NCBI GenBank assembly: GCA_965279375.1
Contig: OZ257156.1
Coordinates: 64,001-128,000 of the forward strand
Direction of reading: 5' to 3'
Length of the DNA stretch: 64,000 nt
Source of the DNA: Gemmatimonas sp.
GTDB taxonomy: Bacteria; Gemmatimonadota; Gemmatimonadetes; Gemmatimonadales; Gemmatimonadaceae
The translations under genes were made by a program, and so were the position numbers. Below, piece after piece: positions 9,379 through 18,886 of the stretch (position 1 is the stretch's first letter; each line of letters opens with the position of its first letter). The notes beneath the pieces are model-generated. The model was not told where the DNA came from and made no database searches. It was given only the letters and a program-made list of their open reading frames with translations.

Positions 9379-11430
9379 TCACTGCGCATTGAGCAGCCGC
9401 TCGGCCTTGAGCCCGTATCGCTCCAGCCGGCGATAGAGCGTGCTACGATTGATGCCCAGCTCCTCGGCGGCGTCGCGCATGGACCGCGCGGAGCGCATGG
9501 CGTGAATCGTTCGCGCGCGCTCGTCCTGGTCGGCGATTCCAGCGGCCGACTCCATCACGCTTGAAGACCGCACTGTTCTCTCGGGCACATTCGGTCGCGG
9601 CGCTGGCAATTCGGCGACCGTGATGCTGTCGCCGTGCGCGAGCGCGGCGGCACGCCGCAGCACGTTCTCCAACTCGCGCACATTCCCCGGCCACGACATG
9701 CTCGCGAGCTGATGCAGCGCTGGTAAAGTCAGTCGGAGCCTCGGACGACCCAATTCCGCGGCAGCGCGCGCGAGCAAGTGCTCCGCAAGCATCGGAATGT
9801 CGGCGGCGCGGTCACGCAATGCCGGGAGTTCGATGGCCAGCACGTTGAGGCGGTAGTACAGATCTACGCGCAAACGTCCGTCGCGCACAGCCGTCTGCAC
9901 GTCACGATTGGTCGCGGCAATCACTCGCACGTTCACTCTGCGCGACTCGCTGCTGCCAACGGCACAGATTTCCTGCTCCTGCAACACGCGCAGCAGCGAC
10001 GCCTGTGCGCCATACGACATCTCGCTGATTTCGTCGAGGAAGATCGTACCACCATCCGCCGCACGGAACTTGCCCGCGCTTCCTTCGCGACGTGCACCCG
10101 TGAAGGCGCCACCGACGTAACCGAAGAGCTCCGCCTCGATGAGATCGGCCGGGAGGGCGGCGCAGTTCACGGCAATGAATGGCCTGTCGCGTCGTGCGCT
10201 CGCGTGGTGAATCGCCTGGGCGAACACCTCCTTGCCGGTGCCAGACTCGCCGAGCAGCAGTACGGGCAGTGCGTTTCCCGCCGCGACGCCCGCCAGTCTC
10301 CGCGCATCGACGATGCCTTGTGAGACACCAACGATGTGCTCAAGCGCGTAGCGGGTCTCACGCCGAGGTGTTGCGCGCTCGGGTGCACGCGACGCGTGCG
10401 TCATTGTGCCCTGCACGCCTGTGCTCAGCCGAACGTCACCGCGTCGAGGTGAATCGCTGCGCAGCAGCAGGCAGGCACCGACTGCGCGCTCACCCTCCAT
10501 GACGGGAAAGCTGAGCGCGGACAATCCGATATCGTGGCCGAGCGACAGGAACACTTCGGTGGAGCCATCGACTGGCGCGTGCGCGCCAACACTGCGCACA
10601 TGTTCCGCGAGGGCAGCGCGCAGTGCGCTGGGTGTGGCGGTGCCGGGCCTCAGTCCGTCCGGGGCGGCGTCGGTCGCCATCACGACGCGGCCGTAGCGAT
10701 CGACGGCGATCATGGCATCCTGCGCGTAGCGACTGCTCAGCCCCGCGAAGCGTTGCAGCACGGAGCAGCGTTGCTCCATGTCGCGTGCGGTGAGCATCTC
10801 GCGCACCGACGCGGCCAGCGACATCGCCAACTGCAGCGTGTGTGGATGTGCGTTGCGACTGAACCCGGAGATGTCGATGACGCCGAGTAGCTCGGTGGAG
10901 GTGGCATCGGCGAGTGGGACCGCCGCGCAATGCCACCCTTGCCACGCCTCGCAGAAATGCTCCGCGCCGACGATGTGCACCGGGCGACGCGTTGCGAGCG
11001 CGGTTCCCGGGCCGTTGGTGCCGACCGCGCTCTCCGTCCACAATCCGCCGGGGCGGAAATTGATGGCGGCCAGTCCGTCGAGTACGGCGGAGTCGCCATT
11101 GCAGGAGAGCATGCGCCCTTCGGCGTCGAACAGACTGAGAATGTGGCCGTTGGTGAACGCGTCGCTGAGGTTCTGCGCGGCCCGCAATGCGAACGGCACC
11201 CAGTCGGCGCGCTCCTGTGCGTGGCGCAGCGACGAGTCGGCAAGCACCAGAGGAGCCTGCGGCAAGTCCGCGCGAACCGATGCCGACAGCGATCGCTCCC
11301 ACGAATCACGCACGAGCGCGCGCGCCGGCGTCTGCGACAGCGATAGCCGCCCATCCACCACGCGATCCCACATCCGACTCACCGCACGCTGCGCGTCGTG
11401 GTCGAATGGCGTGAATTCCATGTCAGGCAT
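9379..11430 (-). CDS. Sigma-54-dependent transcriptional activator, GAF-AAA+-Fis HTH (AcoR-like)
   Basis: [15 protein letters not shown] (GAF), [58 protein letters not shown]. Confidence 0.93.
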   Translation of the reverse strand: MPDMEFTPFDHDAQRAVSRMWDRVVDGRLSLSQTPARALVRDSWERSLSASVRADLPQAPLVLADSSLRHAQERADWVPFALRAAQNLSDAFTNGHILSLFDAEGRMLSCNGDSAVLDGLAAINFRPGGLWTESAVGTNGPGTALATRRPVHIVGAEHFCEAWQGWHCAAVPLADATSTELLGVIDISGFSRNAHPHTLQLAMSLAASVREMLTARDMEQRCSVLQRFAGLSSRYAQDAMIAVDRYGRVVMATDAAPDGLRPGTATPSALRAALAEHVRSVGAHAPVDGSTEVFLSLGHDIGLSALSFPVMEGERAVGACLLLRSDSPRRGDVRLSTGVQGTMTHASRAPERATPRRETRYALEHIVGVSQGIVDARRLAGVAAGNALPVLLLGESGTGKEVFAQAIHHASARRDRPFIAVNCAALPADLIEAELFGYVGGAFTGARREGSAGKFRAADGGTIFLDEISEMSYGAQASLLRVLQEQEICAVGSSESRRVNVRVIAATNRDVQTAVRDGRLRVDLYYRLNVLAIELPALRDRAADIPMLAEHLLARAAAELGRPRLRLTLPALHQLASMSWPGNVRELENVLRRAAALAHGDSITVAELPAPRPNVPERTVRSSSVMESAAGIADQDERARTIHAMRSARSMRDAAEELGINRSTLYRRLERYGLKAERLLNAQ

Positions 11431-11593
11431 GGTTCGTCTCGACGAAAGCGCGTCTGTATCGAGGAGCGTGAGCGATGCGCAGGAACGGACGGCGCACGCC
11501 AACCGCGGCGGAAGGAAGGAGAGCATGCTGGAGCGTCACGACGGACGCAAGATGCGACGAACAGCCCAGTCCGACACGCTGTCGCGCCATGGC

Positions 11594-11617
11594 ACACTCT
11601 GTCGCGCGACAGAGTGT
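11594..11617. promoter_or_regulatory. Perfect 24-bp palindrome ACACTCTGTCGC|GCGACAGAGTGT; candidate upstream activator sequence
   Basis: Exact inverted repeat ~100 bp upstream of the sigma-54 promoter, with extra TGTCGC half-sites on both sides. Confidence 0.6.
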
Positions 11618-11714
11618 CGCGTGTCCTCGCGACGAGCCTCCACGCGACCAGTGCAGGAATCTGCAACTGACTGCCGGCCATCCACTTAGCGTCGCGACGT
11701 CCGCTCGTCATGGA

Positions 11715-11731
11715 CCGGCCCGCTCTTTGCT
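11715..11731 (+). promoter_or_regulatory. Sigma-54 (-24/-12) promoter of the aldehyde dehydrogenase operon
   Basis: CCGGCCCGCTCTTTGCT: GG(11717-18)-N10-GC(11729-30) with TTGCT at -12; ~85 bp upstream of ATG 11814, next to a divergent sigma-54 activator. Confidence 0.7.
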
Positions 11732-11813
11732 AAACCGAATGCCCGACGCTGAGCTCCGGCACGCGTTCCCACCTGCAGCTCCCTCCTCTCTTCCCACCTC
11801 TCGAGGCCCGCGC

Positions 11814-13370
11814 ATGTCTGCTACCATCGAGCCGACCGCCGTACGCGCCACCCTGCCCGACGCTGCTCGCTCCTTCGCGATCGGCATTCCAATCAAGGCA
11901 CGCTACGAGAACTTCATTGGCGGCACGTTCCGCGCGCCCGTGCGCGGGCAGTACTTCTCGAATCCAACGCCCATCACGGGCCAGCATCTGTGCGACGTGG
12001 CGCGCTCCACGTTTGAGGATGTCGAACTCGCCCTCGACGCAGCGCACGCCGCCGCGCCCGCATGGGGCAAAACGTCGGCGACCGTGCGCGCGAACATCCT
12101 GAACAAGATTGCGGATCGTCTCGAAGAGAACCTCGAGTCCATCGCCGTCATCGAAACGATCGACAACGGCAAGCCGATTCGCGAAACGATGGCGGCCGAT
12201 CTGCCGCTCGCGATCGACCACTTCCGCTACTTCGCGGGCGCCATCCGCGCGCAGGAAGGCAGCGCGGGCGAATTGGATGACGACACCGTCGCATACCACT
12301 TTCACGAACCGTTGGGTGTCGTTGCGCAGATCATTCCGTGGAACTTCCCGCTGCTCATGGCGGCGTGGAAGCTGGCGCCGGCGCTCGCCGCAGGAAACGC
12401 GGTCGTGCTCAAGCCGGCCGAGCAGACGCCGGTGTCGATCATGGCCTTCGCCGAGTTGATCGCCGACCTGCTGCCGCCGGGTGTGTTCAACATCGTGAAT
12501 GGTTTTGGCGTCGAAGCGGGTAAGCCGCTCGCCTCGAGCCCGCGTGTTCGCAAGGTGGCGTTCACCGGTGAAACCACGACGGGCCGACTGGTGATGCAGT
12601 ACGCATCGGAGAATCTCACCACGGTCACGCTCGAACTCGGCGGCAAGTCGCCGAACATCTTCTTCCCGGACGTGATGGCGGCGGACGACGCGTTCTTCGA
12701 CAAGTGTCTCGAAGGATTCTCGATGTTCGCACTCAACCAGGGCGAGGTGTGCACCTGTCCGTCGCGCGCCCTCGTGCACGAATCGATCTATGACGCGTTC
12801 ATGGAGCGTGCGGTCGCGCGCGTGAAGGCGATAAAGCTGGGTCACCCGCTCGACAAGTCGACGATGGTCGGCGCCCAGGCCTCCAACGATCAGCTCGAGA
12901 AGATTCTCAGCTACTTCGACATCGCCAATGCCGAAGGCGCGAAGGTACTCACCGGTGGCGCGCGCGCGCAGCACGAGGGCGAACTGGCCGGCGGCTACTA
13001 CGTGCAGCCGACGATTCTGGAAGGGCACAACAAGATGCGTGTCTTCCAGGAAGAGATCTTCGGCCCGGTCGTCTCGGTCACGCGCTTCAAGGACGCAGAC
13101 CACGCGCTCGAGCTGGCCAACGACACGCTCTACGGACTAGGCGCCGGCGTGTGGTCGCGCGACGCGAACACCTGCTATCGCATGGGTCGTGGCATTCAGG
13201 CCGGCCGCGTGTGGACGAACTGCTACCATCTGTATCCGGCGCACGCGGCGTTCGGCGGCTACAAGCAGAGCGGCATCGGCCGCGAGAATCACAAGATGAT
13301 GCTCGGCCACTATCAGCAGACCAAGAACCTGCTGGTGAGCTATAGCCCCAACGCGCTCGGCTTCTTCTGA
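11814..13370 (+). CDS. aldB: NAD-dependent aldehyde dehydrogenase (AldB/ExaC/AcoD type)
   Basis: [68 protein letters not shown]. Start at MSATIEP. Confidence 0.95.
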   Translation: MSATIEPTAVRATLPDAARSFAIGIPIKARYENFIGGTFRAPVRGQYFSNPTPITGQHLCDVARSTFEDVELALDAAHAAAPAWGKTSATVRANILNKIADRLEENLESIAVIETIDNGKPIRETMAADLPLAIDHFRYFAGAIRAQEGSAGELDDDTVAYHFHEPLGVVAQIIPWNFPLLMAAWKLAPALAAGNAVVLKPAEQTPVSIMAFAELIADLLPPGVFNIVNGFGVEAGKPLASSPRVRKVAFTGETTTGRLVMQYASENLTTVTLELGGKSPNIFFPDVMAADDAFFDKCLEGFSMFALNQGEVCTCPSRALVHESIYDAFMERAVARVKAIKLGHPLDKSTMVGAQASNDQLEKILSYFDIANAEGAKVLTGGARAQHEGELAGGYYVQPTILEGHNKMRVFQEEIFGPVVSVTRFKDADHALELANDTLYGLGAGVWSRDANTCYRMGRGIQAGRVWTNCYHLYPAHAAFGGYKQSGIGRENHKMMLGHYQQTKNLLVSYSPNALGFF

Positions 13371-13377
13371 GCCCGCA

Positions 13378-13779
13378 GTGACGCCATCACGCGTAGACGT
13401 CTCGCCCGCCGCCGAGCAGTTGCTGCGCAAGTTGCAGTCGCTGCACGGCGAGTTGGTGTTCCATCAGTCGGGGGGCTGCTGCGATGGCAGCTCCCCGATG
13501 TGCTATCCGCGTCGGGAGTTCCGCATCGGTGCGCGTGACGTGTATCTCGGAACGATCGCCGACGTGCCGTTCTACATTGGCGCGCAGCAGTTCGAGTACT
13601 GGCAGCACACGCATCTGACCATCGACGTGGTGCCTGGTCGCGGCGCAGGCTTTTCGCTGGAGACGCCGGAAGGACTGCGATTCCTGACGCGCTCGCGTCT
13701 GTTCGAAGACGCGGAGTATCACGCGCTGGAGGCGGCGGGTCCGCCACCGCGTGGGGATCAGAGTGCGACGGCGCGTTAG
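13378..13779 (+). CDS. DUF779 family protein (usual partner of this ALDH)
   Basis: FHQSGGCCDGSSPMCY, QFEYWQHTHLTIDVVPGRGAGFSLE, FLTRSRLF. Confidence 0.93.
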   Translation: MTPSRVDVSPAAEQLLRKLQSLHGELVFHQSGGCCDGSSPMCYPRREFRIGARDVYLGTIADVPFYIGAQQFEYWQHTHLTIDVVPGRGAGFSLETPEGLRFLTRSRLFEDAEYHALEAAGPPPRGDQSATAR

Positions 13780-14228
13780 GCGTTCGATCCGTTGCCGCGT
13801 GGGATCGACGATGCGGTCAGTCCGAATAGTGCACCAAAGGCGCGGCGGTCGCTGATGTTACCGAGCAAATCGATGTAGATGGGCAACGCACCGCGCACGG
13901 GGATCCAGACCCGCGGTGCGTTGATGGGCCCGCTGTAGCCGGCCGCGGTGCGTTTCACTCGCGCGATGCCAAGGTCACCGCGCGCCACTCGTCTCTGCCA
14001 AAAGAGAAGCGTCTGGATGCGCAGCACGTCCGTCGCGTCGTGCTGCACCTCCACGGCGAGCACGGCCCCGAAGAACCACGCCGGCGCCACGAGAACGCTC
14101 CCCATCGCAATGAGCGTGAGACTCGCGAGTTGGGCGCCCAGCACGATGGCCGCACCGCCAGCGAGCAGCGCGCCCAGGATGACGATGCGCCACACCCAGG
14201 CGATGGCGCCGTAGCGATAGAGCGTCAC
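13776..14228 (-). CDS. Hypothetical 2-TM membrane protein with a soluble C-terminal domain
   Basis: Two hydrophobic helices; GTG start overlaps the upstream stop (GTGA). Confidence 0.6.
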   Translation of the reverse strand: MTLYRYGAIAWVWRIVILGALLAGGAAIVLGAQLASLTLIAMGSVLVAPAWFFGAVLAVEVQHDATDVLRIQTLLFWQRRVARGDLGIARVKRTAAGYSGPINAPRVWIPVRGALPIYIDLLGNISDRRAFGALFGLTASSIPRGNGSNA

Positions 14229-14566
14229 TCCGTGCCCGCGTCGTCGTGGTGCGTGCCGTCCGACTGACTGCCCACGATCGTGCCGTCCGCATCAATCGTC
14301 GCCTCTACATTGGTGTCCGCCTCCGCGTCGAACGAATCGATCTCGGTGTCCATCTCCTGCTCGGAGATCGCGTCAACGATCGTTGAGTCATCGGAGGCGG
14401 CGGTGACCTCGGCCGTGACGATCTCGTTGAGCGAGCCCACGACCTGACCGATTACTTCGCTGATCTGCGCGCTGATGCCGTTCACGCCATCGGCGATCGC
14501 CGGCGTGATCTCGCGCGTGACGCCGGCGGCGGTCTCCGCGATGTTCCCGAATAGTGAGTCTGCCAT
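14225..14566 (-). CDS. Hypothetical very acidic protein (113 aa)
   Basis: ATG with GAG-rich leader; only one Arg and no Lys; coupled to the downstream gene. Confidence 0.7.
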   Translation of the reverse strand: MADSLFGNIAETAAGVTREITPAIADGVNGISAQISEVIGQVVGSLNEIVTAEVTAASDDSTIVDAISEQEMDTEIDSFDAEADTNVEATIDADGTIVGSQSDGTHHDDAGTE

Positions 14567-14635
14567 GTTCCCGTCTCGGTGAAGATGCTGATACCACGTG
14601 GCGCTGCGCGTGGAAGCGCACGCGTCATGCCCGTG

Positions 14636-15451
14636 CTACGCCTCGGTGATTCCCGTTTCCTGGTGCATCTGCTCGAGCATGTGCGGATCGCTGATCGCCG
14701 CCGGGCTCACATCGTTCACATGGGAGTCCGGATGTGATTCGGCGTAGGAGTGCAGCGCCTCGGACGCAGCGGGGAGTTCGTCGTGTACGCGGTCAGCGAA
14801 GGCGTCGAGTGCCTCATGCACCTTGTCGGCGTCTGCGTCGAGGGTTTCCCGGACGGCTTCCACCTTCACGCGCGAGGCGTCGATCTCGTTCGCATCCGCA
14901 TTCTGCATGTCGGCGCGTGCATCAATGAAATCCTGGGCGGTATCGCCGAGGTCGGTGGTGACGACATCAACGAGTCCGCCAATCATCCCGACTGTCGGAT
15001 CGATGATTGGATCGATGACTTCCACGACGAGATCAAAGCTTGTCGCGACGGTGCCGATGCTTGGATTCGGGTTGTTCGCGTCGGCGATAATCTCGGGATG
15101 CTCGGCCTTGAAGTCCTGAAAGTGTTCTACGACGTCGCCCTTCCAGCTCGTGATGGCATCGCCGAACTCTTCACCGACTTCCTGCACGTGCGCCCGAATC
15201 GACTCGACGCGCGACTCGCTGAGTGAACGAAACGACGCGTACTCCTCGTCGCTGATCAGCCCTGCCGCATGATCCGACGCGACCTTCGCTTCCTGCTCGA
15301 AAATGACTTTACCGATCTCCGTCTGCGAGAGCGGCGTGTTCTTGTCTTCCGGATGCTCCTTTGCCCACTTGGCTTCGGATTCCTGCACGAAGGTGGTGAA
15401 GGGCATGCCGGTCGTGGCGGTCTCGGTTGCGCCTGGAACGAATTCAGTCAT
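14636..15451 (-). CDS. Hypothetical acidic helical protein (271 aa) with SHOCT-like motif
   Basis: GC-rich third positions; D/E-rich; AAGLISDEEY motif; no signal peptide. Confidence 0.75.
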   Translation of the reverse strand: MTEFVPGATETATTGMPFTTFVQESEAKWAKEHPEDKNTPLSQTEIGKVIFEQEAKVASDHAAGLISDEEYASFRSLSESRVESIRAHVQEVGEEFGDAITSWKGDVVEHFQDFKAEHPEIIADANNPNPSIGTVATSFDLVVEVIDPIIDPTVGMIGGLVDVVTTDLGDTAQDFIDARADMQNADANEIDASRVKVEAVRETLDADADKVHEALDAFADRVHDELPAASEALHSYAESHPDSHVNDVSPAAISDPHMLEQMHQETGITEA

Positions 15452-15587
15452 GGACGACTCGCGGTGTAGGTCGATGCGGTATGCAACGTCGGTCTTGCAT
15501 CACATGTCAGAAGGCGCAGTTTTTACGACAACTGGCTCATGCGCATCAATCGATTCACCTCCCAGGCACTTCGCCGAGGCACGACAC

Positions 15588-15890
15588 ATGACCGCACCGC
15601 TCGTCAATGGCCAGCCAGACCCCGGCGAAAACGCGTCGGCCTCCGATGCGTTCGAAGTGTTCGTCTCCGAGACGCTGCCTGACGGCGTGATGGAGGTGAT
15701 CGAGGCGGTGCACGAACTCACCTCCTCGCCCGTCGAGCTTGCGCAGGAGCATCTCGAGGCGGTGGGCGAACTGCAGATGCAGAGTGTGGAGGCGTTGATG
15801 AACGACGACCCGGACACCGCGCGAGCGTTGCTGGCGGAGGCGGATCAGGAGATGCGCGCGGGAGAAGACGCGCTGAACAACACCGACTGA
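15588..15890 (+). CDS. Hypothetical acidic protein (100 aa)
   Basis: MTAPLVNG start with GAGG upstream; E/D-rich helical sequence; fills the gap between minus-strand genes. Confidence 0.65.
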   Translation: MTAPLVNGQPDPGENASASDAFEVFVSETLPDGVMEVIEAVHELTSSPVELAQEHLEAVGELQMQSVEALMNDDPDTARALLAEADQEMRAGEDALNNTD

Positions 15891-15919
15891 GGTCGCCCGG
15901 CGCTGGTACGACCACGCAG

Positions 15920-15949
15920 CGGCGCGGCTGCCGTATTGCGGCCGCGCCG
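15920..15949. terminator. GC-rich hairpin between convergent genes; possible bidirectional terminator
   Basis: CGGCGCGGCTGC-CGTATT-GCGGCCGCGCCG, 12-bp stem with one G-U pair; no U-tract. Confidence 0.4.
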
Positions 15950-15960
15950 AAGCCCGTCGC

Positions 15961-16578
15961 TTACTCGGTGGTGGCCTCCGCTGAGGTATCCGCAACCGTC
16001 GACGCCGCGTAGCTGCCGCCTGCATCACCGGCATCGGCGTGCGCGTCCGCCGCATCAGCATGCGACGCGGCAGTATCGGCATACTGCTCGGCGTGCGCAT
16101 AGTCGCCTTCGGCTGCGTATGACGCGGCGGAGTCTGCGTTCATGTTCGCGGTCTCCTGCTCGTCGCTCGCATTCTCCAACGCCTTCACTTCGTCGTACTG
16201 GGTATCCTGCTGCGCGTCGATGGTCGGGTGCGCGGCTTCGGCGCCACGATCATCCGCTTCCTTGAGATCGTATTCGGCGAGCTTGGCCATCTCTTCGGCC
16301 TTTTCGTAGTCGCCTGACTCGACTGCGACCGCTTGCTCGTGCCGCGCTTCACGCGCGCTCTCGAGCGCATCATCGGCTGCCTGCGCGTCGAGCTTGGCGT
16401 CGAAGATCTCTTCTTCGGTGAGGGTACCCGCGGCGAGATCGTCGGCGACGGTCACGGTCACCTGCTCCGCCTCTTCCTTCGAGAGCCCCGCCACTTCGAG
16501 ATCGAGCGCATCCTGGACGCGCTGCTGCTCTGCCGCCCGCTGTGCGAGTTCCTCTGCTTCGGTTTCTGTGTCGGCCAT
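15961..16578 (-). CDS. Hypothetical very acidic Ala/Asp/Glu-rich helical protein (205 aa)
   Basis: GGAG RBS; ~55 D/E versus ~11 K/R (hand count); two GDY-x2-AE motifs. Confidence 0.75.
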   Translation of the reverse strand: MADTETEAEELAQRAAEQQRVQDALDLEVAGLSKEEAEQVTVTVADDLAAGTLTEEEIFDAKLDAQAADDALESAREARHEQAVAVESGDYEKAEEMAKLAEYDLKEADDRGAEAAHPTIDAQQDTQYDEVKALENASDEQETANMNADSAASYAAEGDYAHAEQYADTAASHADAADAHADAGDAGGSYAASTVADTSAEATTE

Positions 16579-16680
16579 GGTGCGCTCCGATTGGTGTGGC
16601 GAGTGAGGTAGCGATGGTGGTGTCGAACGACTTGTCGGCAGATCCGGCCGTGCGGATGCATTTCGACGTTCTACGTGTGC

Positions 16681-17214
16681 TCAGCCGCTGTCGGGCTCCG
16701 TGGTGGCTGCGGCATCGTGCGCCGCTTCCACGGGCGCTGGTGGCGGCGGAGGTTCCGGCTCGGGCTCCGGCTCGACGGTGGCCTCAGGTTCTTCCGCGGG
16801 GCCGGCGCCACGTGGGTCCGGCGTCGCGTCCTCCACGTGCCCGGTGGCACTCGATCCTTCGTCGTGATGCGGATCGGTCGTTGTGGATGCATCTGTGGCC
16901 GCAGATGCCTGCGCGGTCTGCTGCTGAGCGGCTTGCTGCGACGCCTGTTGCGCAGACTGTTGTGCCGCTTGCTGCGACGCTTGCTGCGACAGCTGCTGCG
17001 CGCCGTGCGATTGCGCGAGCATGTGCTGCGGCTCGACGCGCGCGCCGAGTGCGTCCATGCCCATGCCATCGGGTTGCCCTTCGATGTCCACCGATCCGGT
17101 GGCGCGCGTGTTCAGCTCGACCTCGACGACGGGCGCGTCTTCGTGTGTACCGTCGACGGTGGGCCCGTCTGCCGAATCGACGACTGACACGCGGACCTCG
17201 CTGGGGCTCGTCAT
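16681..17214 (-). CDS. Hypothetical acidic low-complexity protein with QQxx repeats and an EP/P-rich tail
   Basis: GAGG RBS; QQLSQQASQQAAQQSAQQASQQAAQQQ; EPEPEPEPPPPP. Confidence 0.6.
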   Translation of the reverse strand: MTSPSEVRVSVVDSADGPTVDGTHEDAPVVEVELNTRATGSVDIEGQPDGMGMDALGARVEPQHMLAQSHGAQQLSQQASQQAAQQSAQQASQQAAQQQTAQASAATDASTTTDPHHDEGSSATGHVEDATPDPRGAGPAEEPEATVEPEPEPEPPPPPAPVEAAHDAAATTEPDSG

Positions 17215-17275
17215 GCGTGCCTCATGCGGCCGTCCTGCGTGGCGCCTGCGATCGTTGCGGCGTGTTCATGCGCGT

Positions 17276-18880
17276 TCACTCGCTCTGTGTGGACGCGGCC
17301 GCGAGGTCCGCGTTCGCAGGTGCGACGTTCGCAGGTGCGACGTTCGCAGGTGCGGTGTTTGCAGGTGCGGTGTTTGCTGGCGCGGCCGGTTTGGGCTTTA
17401 CCAGCAGAATTGCTCGGCAGGTTGGCGTCGGGCAGCGCACGTTGAGCGACTCCTTGCCGGCCAGCGCTGCCGCGGGAATTCGCATCCCCTCGCTGCACTT
17501 CGCACACACAATGCGGATGGTATCCGCATCGGCGGCTGGCGCTGGTGCGGGAGGCGTAGGAGGCGGCGACGGCGCTTTCGGCGTAACCGTCAACACGGCG
17601 CGACAGTTCGGATTGGGACAGCGCACGTTCACCGGCGCCGTGCCTTCGAGTGCGGTGCGTGGCACACGCATGCCTTCGTTGCACTTCGCGCACACCAGGC
17701 GCACCGTGTTGGGGTCCGGCGGCACCGGCGTGTTGCTCACGCGCGTCGTGGCGTTCGTCGGTGCGCTCTGCGTCGCCGTTCCATTTGCGGCCGCTGCGGG
17801 AGGCAACCAGTGCGTGATGACCGCGCGCCACGCCTGCACATACTCGCTGCGGGCGAACTCGCGCATCAGTCGCAACCGACCGGCGAGATAGGGCGCCGAG
17901 GCCAGCGTCCACTCGGAGAACTGGGTGAGGCTGTCGTCGGCGGCGTCCTCCTGCTCCATCCATGCGTCGTGGTTCATGCGCTGGAGGAGCGGAAACGAGC
18001 GGAACGTCCAGGCCTGCAGCACGCGACGCGCGATCGCTTCGTTGCCGACACACATCACGCCGGCATAGTCGGCGGTGATTTCCGCGTGTCGTGCCCACGC
18101 CATGAGCGGCGCATCGATTGCGTTCTCGATCAGCTTGGCCGGGTTGAGCATCTTGAGCACGCCGTCGCCCATGATGGAGCGCTTCTGACTCCGGCCGGAG
18201 ATGAACTGCATCACCGTCTTCCAGAGCGCGTGTCCGGCACGACAGTGTCCCATCTCGCGCCCCAGCACGAACAGGAGCTCGTCCTCCTTGAAGTTGAGGA
18301 GCACGCTGCCGATGACGATGAAGGCGCTGTTCTCCGTGCCGAGCGTCATCGCGTCCCACATCTGATCTCCCGAGATGTAGATCTCGGGCAGATATGGCAG
18401 TCCGACGATGCGTGCCGCGCGGATGGCGGTGTCGAAGACATCCGGGAGCTGACGTTCGCTCAGACGCAGGCCGTTGACGGCGGACTCGAACCACCGTCGA
18501 CCAACCTTTTCTGATATCGCGTGCGCGGCCTGCGTGAGCGGGCCGAGCGAACGCAGCACGTTCATCGCGTCAGCGTCGAGGCGCCAGAGAAACGCTTCGA
18601 CGGGGAGCGCATAGTCGGGCGCGAGTGGCCGAAGCCAGCGACAGGTGCTGCAGTAGACCTTTGCTGCGGGAAGTCCGGAGCCGTCGCCGTTGCAGGTGGG
18701 ACAGACGTATCCCATCGCGTACGGAGAGTACGCCATCGGCACGGGCGGCTGATACGCGTGTTCGGCGTAGCCGTTGGGTGCGTACGCCGACGACGCGTTG
18801 GCCGTCGCCACCGACGCGCCGCAATGAATGCAGAAGCGCGCGTCGGCGGCGAGCGTACCGGAGCAGGAGGTGCACTGCAC
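17276..18880 (-). CDS. M48 (Ste24/HtpX-like) metallopeptidase homolog with N-terminal zinc ribbons and two C-terminal Cys4 zinc fingers
   Basis: CTSC...CIHCG and CPTC...CSTC; QLPDVF, LPEIYI, ELLFVLGREMGHCRAGH, WARHAEITADYAG; duplicated CAKC-x-EGMR...RCP-x-P-x-C. Confidence 0.8.
   Translation of the reverse strand: MQCTSCSGTLAADARFCIHCGASVATANASSAYAPNGYAEHAYQPPVPMAYSPYAMGYVCPTCNGDGSGLPAAKVYCSTCRWLRPLAPDYALPVEAFLWRLDADAMNVLRSLGPLTQAAHAISEKVGRRWFESAVNGLRLSERQLPDVFDTAIRAARIVGLPYLPEIYISGDQMWDAMTLGTENSAFIVIGSVLLNFKEDELLFVLGREMGHCRAGHALWKTVMQFISGRSQKRSIMGDGVLKMLNPAKLIENAIDAPLMAWARHAEITADYAGVMCVGNEAIARRVLQAWTFRSFPLLQRMNHDAWMEQEDAADDSLTQFSEWTLASAPYLAGRLRLMREFARSEYVQAWRAVITHWLPPAAAANGTATQSAPTNATTRVSNTPVPPDPNTVRLVCAKCNEGMRVPRTALEGTAPVNVRCPNPNCRAVLTVTPKAPSPPPTPPAPAPAADADTIRIVCAKCSEGMRIPAAALAGKESLNVRCPTPTCRAILLVKPKPAAPANTAPANTAPANVAPANVAPANADLAAASTQSE
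17311..17385. repeat. Five tandem 15-bp repeats encoding (T/V)APAN
   Basis: CGTTCGCAGGTGCGA x2, CGTTCGCAGGTGCGG, TGTTTGCAGGTGCGG, TGTTTGCTGGCGCGG. Confidence 0.9.
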
Positions 18881-18886
18881 AGACTA

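Noticed and set aside
11590..11606. TGGCAC as the sigma-54 -24 element
   Set aside because: No GC at the correct -12 spacing. The site at 11715-11731 fits, and this one overlaps the palindrome.
17311..17385. Possible CRISPR array
   Set aside because: Head-to-tail 15-bp coding repeats with no spacers and no cas genes.
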